Shown piece by piece: positions 59,894 through 64,000 of a stretch of 64,000 bases of DNA. The DNA lies in assembly GCA_964016885.1 (NCBI GenBank), contig OZ024749.1, positions 13,640,001-13,704,000 of the forward strand, in the 5' to 3' direction. Position 1 is the first letter of the stretch; each line of letters starts with the position of its first letter. A program made the position numbers and the translations under genes. Origin of the DNA: Eledone cirrhosa (Eukaryota). The notes beneath the pieces are model-generated. The model saw only the letters and a list, made by a program, of their open reading frames with translations, made no database searches and was not told the origin of the DNA.

Positions 59894-62800
59894 TTACAGA
59901 TATATACTCAGAGTCGGCCCATTCACTCGGGCCATTCTTGCTTCTCTCACCCATCTTTCAACAAAATGCTGGGAAGAGAGCACTTCCCTCTCTACTCTGA
60001 TTTTCCTTTTCAAATGAAATTTGAAAAAGTCAATCAGAGCATCACCGAAGAGGTAAGTGCTCGTCTTCAGCCCTTTCAAACGTGTCCACCATACTATCTC
60101 TTTCGCCATGGCCACCAGACAGATAAAAACTGCCTGCCCTTCCCGGCTAAAGGAGGAGGGCGGGGCAATCCTCACGATGGACTCAGATGATAGCTGGATC
60201 CGTCCTAAACGCGACAGCAGGTGTTCGACATAAACCCACAAGTCAGCAATTTTCGGACACTGGACGAGTGCGTGCAGGACGGTTTCGTCGCCCTGCGCGC
60301 ATCTCGGACATGCCCGGCTGACGGCACCTCCATGCCTGTAGAGTTTATCCCGAACTGGCAAGGCTCCTCGGTAGCACTGCCAGGCCAGAGATTTCTGGAA
60401 GTTGTCCATAGGCCCCGGCCCGAAAGTTCTTCCGAAGAGATTGGCTAGTTGATTTTCGTCGACGCCTAGAGTTTCCCCAAGTACGTCGTCGCTCTTCCCC
60501 TCCACTAATCCTCTATAGAACGCCGAGGTGGAGTTTCCACCGATCACATTGCCCGATTGGTCGAGGGCTGTGAGCGCCTGAAGACATTCCAGTCTCCAGG
60601 CGCTCCCTCTCGGTCTTCGCTTGACCCAGGACTGCAGCTCCGTCAAGGAAACGAGCTGGGGAAAAACGCGTCTAGCAAACGGCGACCACACCTGATCACC
60701 GTCGAGGAAGAGGTGGAGATGTCGTAGCCTGAGCGCGTGCCTGCGCATCATCAGCCACGGCATGCCCAGCCCTCCACGTAGCGGGTGTTGACAACAGATG
60801 GACCGCCTGACCATCGGAGCACGTCCCTTCCACAAAAAGCGAAAGAGCAAACGCTCCAGCGCAGTCAGGCGAGGCTTAGGACAAGGTACGACGGTTAGGC
60901 GGTAGCAGATGACAGACGCGATGTACGCGTTAGCCACCTCCGCTCGACCTTTCAGGGATAGCTTCCTCTCCGCCCATTTCTGGGTGAGAGAAGCCACCCT
61001 GCTCGTCACCTCGTCCCAGTTTTTGTCCGTCTGGAGGTCCGGACCGAACCAGACCCCTAGCAATTTAACCGGTCCGTCCGTCCAGCGCCCGACGACGCTG
61101 TTGGACGGCATGGACCTGCCTCTCCAGGTGCCGAGCTGCAGGCCCACTGACTTTTCCTGGTTGATCATTGCTCCTGTCACCGCTTCGTATTCTCTTAGTG
61201 TAGTGCCGATCGCCTCGATGTGTTTGGCGTTCGACACCACTACGGTGACATCGTCCGCATATGCTGACACGGATCTTCCGCATCCTAGTTCGCGCGGGAC
61301 TCCCCTCAACGTCTCCAGTTTGTGCAGTAATGGCTCGAGAGTCAATACGTACAAGAGGGACGAGAGGGGACATCCTTGGCGGACCGAGCGCATGATGTTG
61401 AACGGTTCCGACAGGTGACCGTTCACTCTCACCACAGAGCAGATGTCGCTGTGCATGGCAGCGATCCAGCCTCTGAAGACGGGCCCAAAGCCAGCCGCCC
61501 TCAGGACTGCCGCTAGGTAACGATGGTCGACCCTATCGAAAGCTTTCGACTGATCTAAATTGATCAAGGACCCACCCGTGCCAGGTTCCCTAGCTACCCT
61601 CTCTACGATGTATCGCATGAGGTGGAGGTTGTCGTGGATGGATCTGTCGGGAATGGCGCATGTCTGCGCCTCTCCCACCAGACCACCAACGACAAGCGCC
61701 AACCTCTTTGCTAGCACCTTGGCCAAAATCTTAAACTCTGTGTTTAGCAGAGTTATGGGCCGGAAATTGTCTATGTTATCCCCCTTGTTCGGATCCTTTC
61801 TCAGCAGTGCCACCGCTCCTCGGCTCACAGAACTGGGAATTCTCCCGTTCTGTTGCCAGTTGCAGTAGACGTCCGCCAAGAGGCCTCCGAACAAGTCTGG
61901 CATCTGTACGTAAAGTTCATAGGGCAGACCATCCAAACCAGGCGATTTACCCCTTGTGCAGCCAGTCATTGCCTCCCGTACTTCAGCGGCTGTTATCGGC
62001 TTTTCGCAACACTTCGCCTCAGTGGCCGAGAGCCGCGGCAGTCCGTCGAGGTAGACACTAAAGTCCATCCCTCTACCCGGCCCCCCGCTGCCCCCGAACA
62101 GCTGAGCGAAGTGTCGCTGAAAAGCTTCACACATTTGCCCGGGATCGAGTAGCATGCGCCCGTCGTGGTCCACCAAAGACCGGATCGTGGCTTTGTTGCC
62201 ACGACGCGCCTCCGCCACTCGGGCCCATTGAACGGCTTTCGTCCCCTCGTGTCTGAGAGCACGCACCCTAGCTCTGACAACGCAGCCTTCGTGCTTTGCA
62301 TTGAAGAATTGGTCAAGGGCCAATTTCGCCGCAAGCACGTCGGTCGCAATGCCTTTGCTAAGCGCCTCGTCTAATTTTCTAACTAGTTCTCCCTCTGCTC
62401 TATTTTTCTCTATTGCTAAAGCCTTACTAAACCTAATCGATTCTATTCTAATCGCTCTTTTCAGAGCAAACCACCACTTGTTGTTGACGATGGCCCCCGT
62501 CAACGCCCGCTTAACTAGTTCGCTAATCCGGTCTCTGTAGGCCTTGCGCGCTGGTAAGGACGCGTTTAGCTTCCAGTAGCCGGGTCCTCGTCTATGAAGC
62601 CTATCTAAGTCAAGCACACAGGTCACGAATTTGTGGTCCGTGTAGCTGACTATCTTGAATTGTGGACAGCCTATGCTAGACCTATCTATTTCTCTACAAA
62701 ATACTCTATCTAGATATGATCTGGATGACCCTATGCGGTTTGTCCAAGTCCACATTGGCACATTCGGGAAATCCAATCGGTACCTGTCAGACAGTTCAAA

Positions 62801-63313
62801 ACGCCTGAGCAGGTTGGTGAGGCTCTTGCACCCTCCACCCCTATCCGCTAATCCCACACAGTCCCAGCGTGCATCTAAGATCCCGTTCCAGTCGCCCACT
62901 AACACTAAAGAGCGGGACGTTCCAAGAAAGGTCTCCAGACGCCGGAAGAAATCAGGCCGCCCTGCTCCTGTCGGGGCATAGACGGCCACTAGCCTGAAAG
63001 CTTGCCCGTCTCCGCTGGTCACGTCCAGCACCACCAGCTTACCCTCTGGGTCCAGGAAGATGGCCCGTATGGCGAGATCCAAACCTCTCCGAAAAAGCAC
63101 AGCAACTCCTCCACCCGATCCAGGACGGCTGGGAGATGCGTACACATCGTAGCCGCCGAAGATCGGTGCGAAGGCCCGTGCTTCGGAGATTCTGGTCTCG
63201 CTGATGGCCACTACATCTATGTTTAGTGACCTGAGGTCGTTGAGCAGGTGACCCTGCTTCCATGACGACCCCAAGCCACGCGCATTTATGCTGCCTATTC
63301 TGAGTGAGGTCAT
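59894..63313 (-). CDS. LINE ORF2p: APE endonuclease, reverse transcriptase and CCHC zinc knuckle (1139 aa)
   Basis: APE motifs SINARG, ISET, VYAP, GDWN, SYLDRVF, TDH. RT motifs KSPGLDGL, FRPITLLN, LDQSKAFDRV, RQGCPLS, YADD. C-terminal CPRC...H...C. Confidence 0.97.
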   Translation of the reverse strand: MTSLRIGSINARGLGSSWKQGHLLNDLRSLNIDVVAISETRISEARAFAPIFGGYDVYASPSRPGSGGGVAVLFRRGLDLAIRAIFLDPEGKLVVLDVTSGDGQAFRLVAVYAPTGAGRPDFFRRLETFLGTSRSLVLVGDWNGILDARWDCVGLADRGGGCKSLTNLLRRFELSDRYRLDFPNVPMWTWTNRIGSSRSYLDRVFCREIDRSSIGCPQFKIVSYTDHKFVTCVLDLDRLHRRGPGYWKLNASLPARKAYRDRISELVKRALTGAIVNNKWWFALKRAIRIESIRFSKALAIEKNRAEGELVRKLDEALSKGIATDVLAAKLALDQFFNAKHEGCVVRARVRALRHEGTKAVQWARVAEARRGNKATIRSLVDHDGRMLLDPGQMCEAFQRHFAQLFGGSGGPGRGMDFSVYLDGLPRLSATEAKCCEKPITAAEVREAMTGCTRGKSPGLDGLPYELYVQMPDLFGGLLADVYCNWQQNGRIPSSVSRGAVALLRKDPNKGDNIDNFRPITLLNTEFKILAKVLAKRLALVVGGLVGEAQTCAIPDRSIHDNLHLMRYIVERVAREPGTGGSLINLDQSKAFDRVDHRYLAAVLRAAGFGPVFRGWIAAMHSDICSVVRVNGHLSEPFNIMRSVRQGCPLSSLLYVLTLEPLLHKLETLRGVPRELGCGRSVSAYADDVTVVVSNAKHIEAIGTTLREYEAVTGAMINQEKSVGLQLGTWRGRSMPSNSVVGRWTDGPVKLLGVWFGPDLQTDKNWDEVTSRVASLTQKWAERKLSLKGRAEVANAYIASVICYRLTVVPCPKPRLTALERLLFRFLWKGRAPMVRRSICCQHPLRGGLGMPWLMMRRHALRLRHLHLFLDGDQVWSPFARRVFPQLVSLTELQSWVKRRPRGSAWRLECLQALTALDQSGNVIGGNSTSAFYRGLVEGKSDDVLGETLGVDENQLANLFGRTFGPGPMDNFQKSLAWQCYRGALPVRDKLYRHGGAVSRACPRCAQGDETVLHALVQCPKIADLWVYVEHLLSRLGRIQLSSESIVRIAPPSSFSREGQAVFICLVAMAKEIVWWTRLKGLKTSTYLFGDALIDFFKFHLKRKIRVEREVLSSQHFVERWVREARMARVNGPTLSIYL

Positions 63314-63348
63314 GTTTAAAATAGAGTGGAAAAGATGGGAAAGACCAC

Positions 63349-64000
63349 TTACCGTACTTTTGGTAGAGGAGGGATGGTTTTTACATCCCTTTTCACTTGA
63401 TCGTCTGGTGAAGGGACCGTTGAATCGTCCCTTCGGCTGGTCGTCGGCTCTTCTAAGAGAATGTCTGAATATACTCTTCGATTAATGGTTCCTCCTAGGT
63501 CCCTGAAATCACCAACTGCGTTGGGGAATTTCGTTTTAATGTTTGTGTATTGTTTCTGTGCTATTTTTAGCAGTCTTATGTTAGTTGGCGTTTTGATTGG
63601 TGCTGGTATTATGTAGTCCTGTTGTGAAATGTCTGTGTGTTCAATTATGTAAGTCATTAGTTTCTTATTGTGTGTGTTTATTGCCGTGCATTTGTTTTTC
63701 TGGGGGTGGGGTGTGGTTCTGCTATTTTCTTGTCGTTGTTGCTGGGTGTGTGTGTTTTGTTGTTGTGTTTGCGATGTTGGTGCTTGTGGTGTTGAAGGTG
63801 TTGTTGGCGGTGGGGTTGTCGCCGGTGGTGATGGTGGTGCTGGTGTGGGTGGTGATGGTGTTGGTGGTGTTGCTGCTGTGGGTCTCTTTGCAGTAGACTT
63901 TACCCTTTTCTCATTTCTTTCCTCCCTTTTCAAAGGCGACGATGCGCTGCTTCTGCGTTTGTGCCTTCTTGAGACCTTTTGCCATCCCTCTCCCACCTCA
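63349..64000 (-). CDS. LINE ORF1 C-terminal part (partial, starts beyond the window)
   Basis: Open frame ending 35 bp upstream of the ORF2 ATG, with a basic WQKVSRRHKRR motif and a Pro/Thr-rich linker as in Tx1-type ORF1 proteins. Confidence 0.75.
   Translation of the reverse strand, partial: EVGEGWQKVSRRHKRRSSASSPLKREERNEKRVKSTAKRPTAATPPTPSPPTPAPPSPPATTPPPTTPSTPQAPTSQTQQQNTHTQQQRQENSRTTPHPQKNKCTAINTHNKKLMTYIIEHTDISQQDYIIPAPIKTPTNIRLLKIAQKQYTNIKTKFPNAVGDFRDLGGTINRRVYSDILLEEPTTSRRDDSTVPSPDDQVKRDVKTIPPLPKVR

Larger units (their letters stand above)
59581..64000 (-). mobile_element. L1/Tx1-clade LINE, apparently intact, 5' end outside the window, (ATT)n tail
   Basis: Two-ORF layout, about 260-bp 3' UTR with AATAAA just before an (ATT)17 tract at 59581-59631. 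Confidence 0.95.

Noticed and set aside
60221-63896. Plus-strand and alternative-frame ORFs overlapping the LINE
   Set aside because: They are shadow ORFs of a GC-rich coding sequence with no independent motifs.

Overview
Gene-poor, AT-rich animal DNA. The SINE families and the microsatellite load suggest an octopus or other cephalopod (inference only). Bases 1-37617 are a 50-bp satellite array (about 750 monomers, open to the left) with kb-scale higher-order repeats that become more irregular toward its right edge. The remaining 26 kb is a mosaic of several element types. It holds two tRNA-Val(TAC) genes in a duplicated tRNA/antisense-SINE unit, plus 21-bp and 60-bp minisatellites and a Helitron-like element with eight perfect TGACGTCA (CRE) sites. 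It also holds RTE and mariner-like remnants, an internally deleted R4/Dong LINE inside a (TAA)n tract, and two head-to-tail L1/Tx1 LINEs, one with an intact 1139-aa ORF2. The least obvious signal is a set of candidate self-cleaving ribozymes found by eye. Three type I hammerhead folds (46.9, 48.5, 54.05 kb) and a decayed copy (39.1 kb) lie in two families of short inverted-repeat elements resembling Penelope pseudo-LTRs. An HDV-like fold sits at the 5' end of an RTE-like remnant (51.5 kb). No host protein-coding gene could be supported, and most ORF-track entries are repeat artefacts. All structures were inferred by hand and need computational confirmation.
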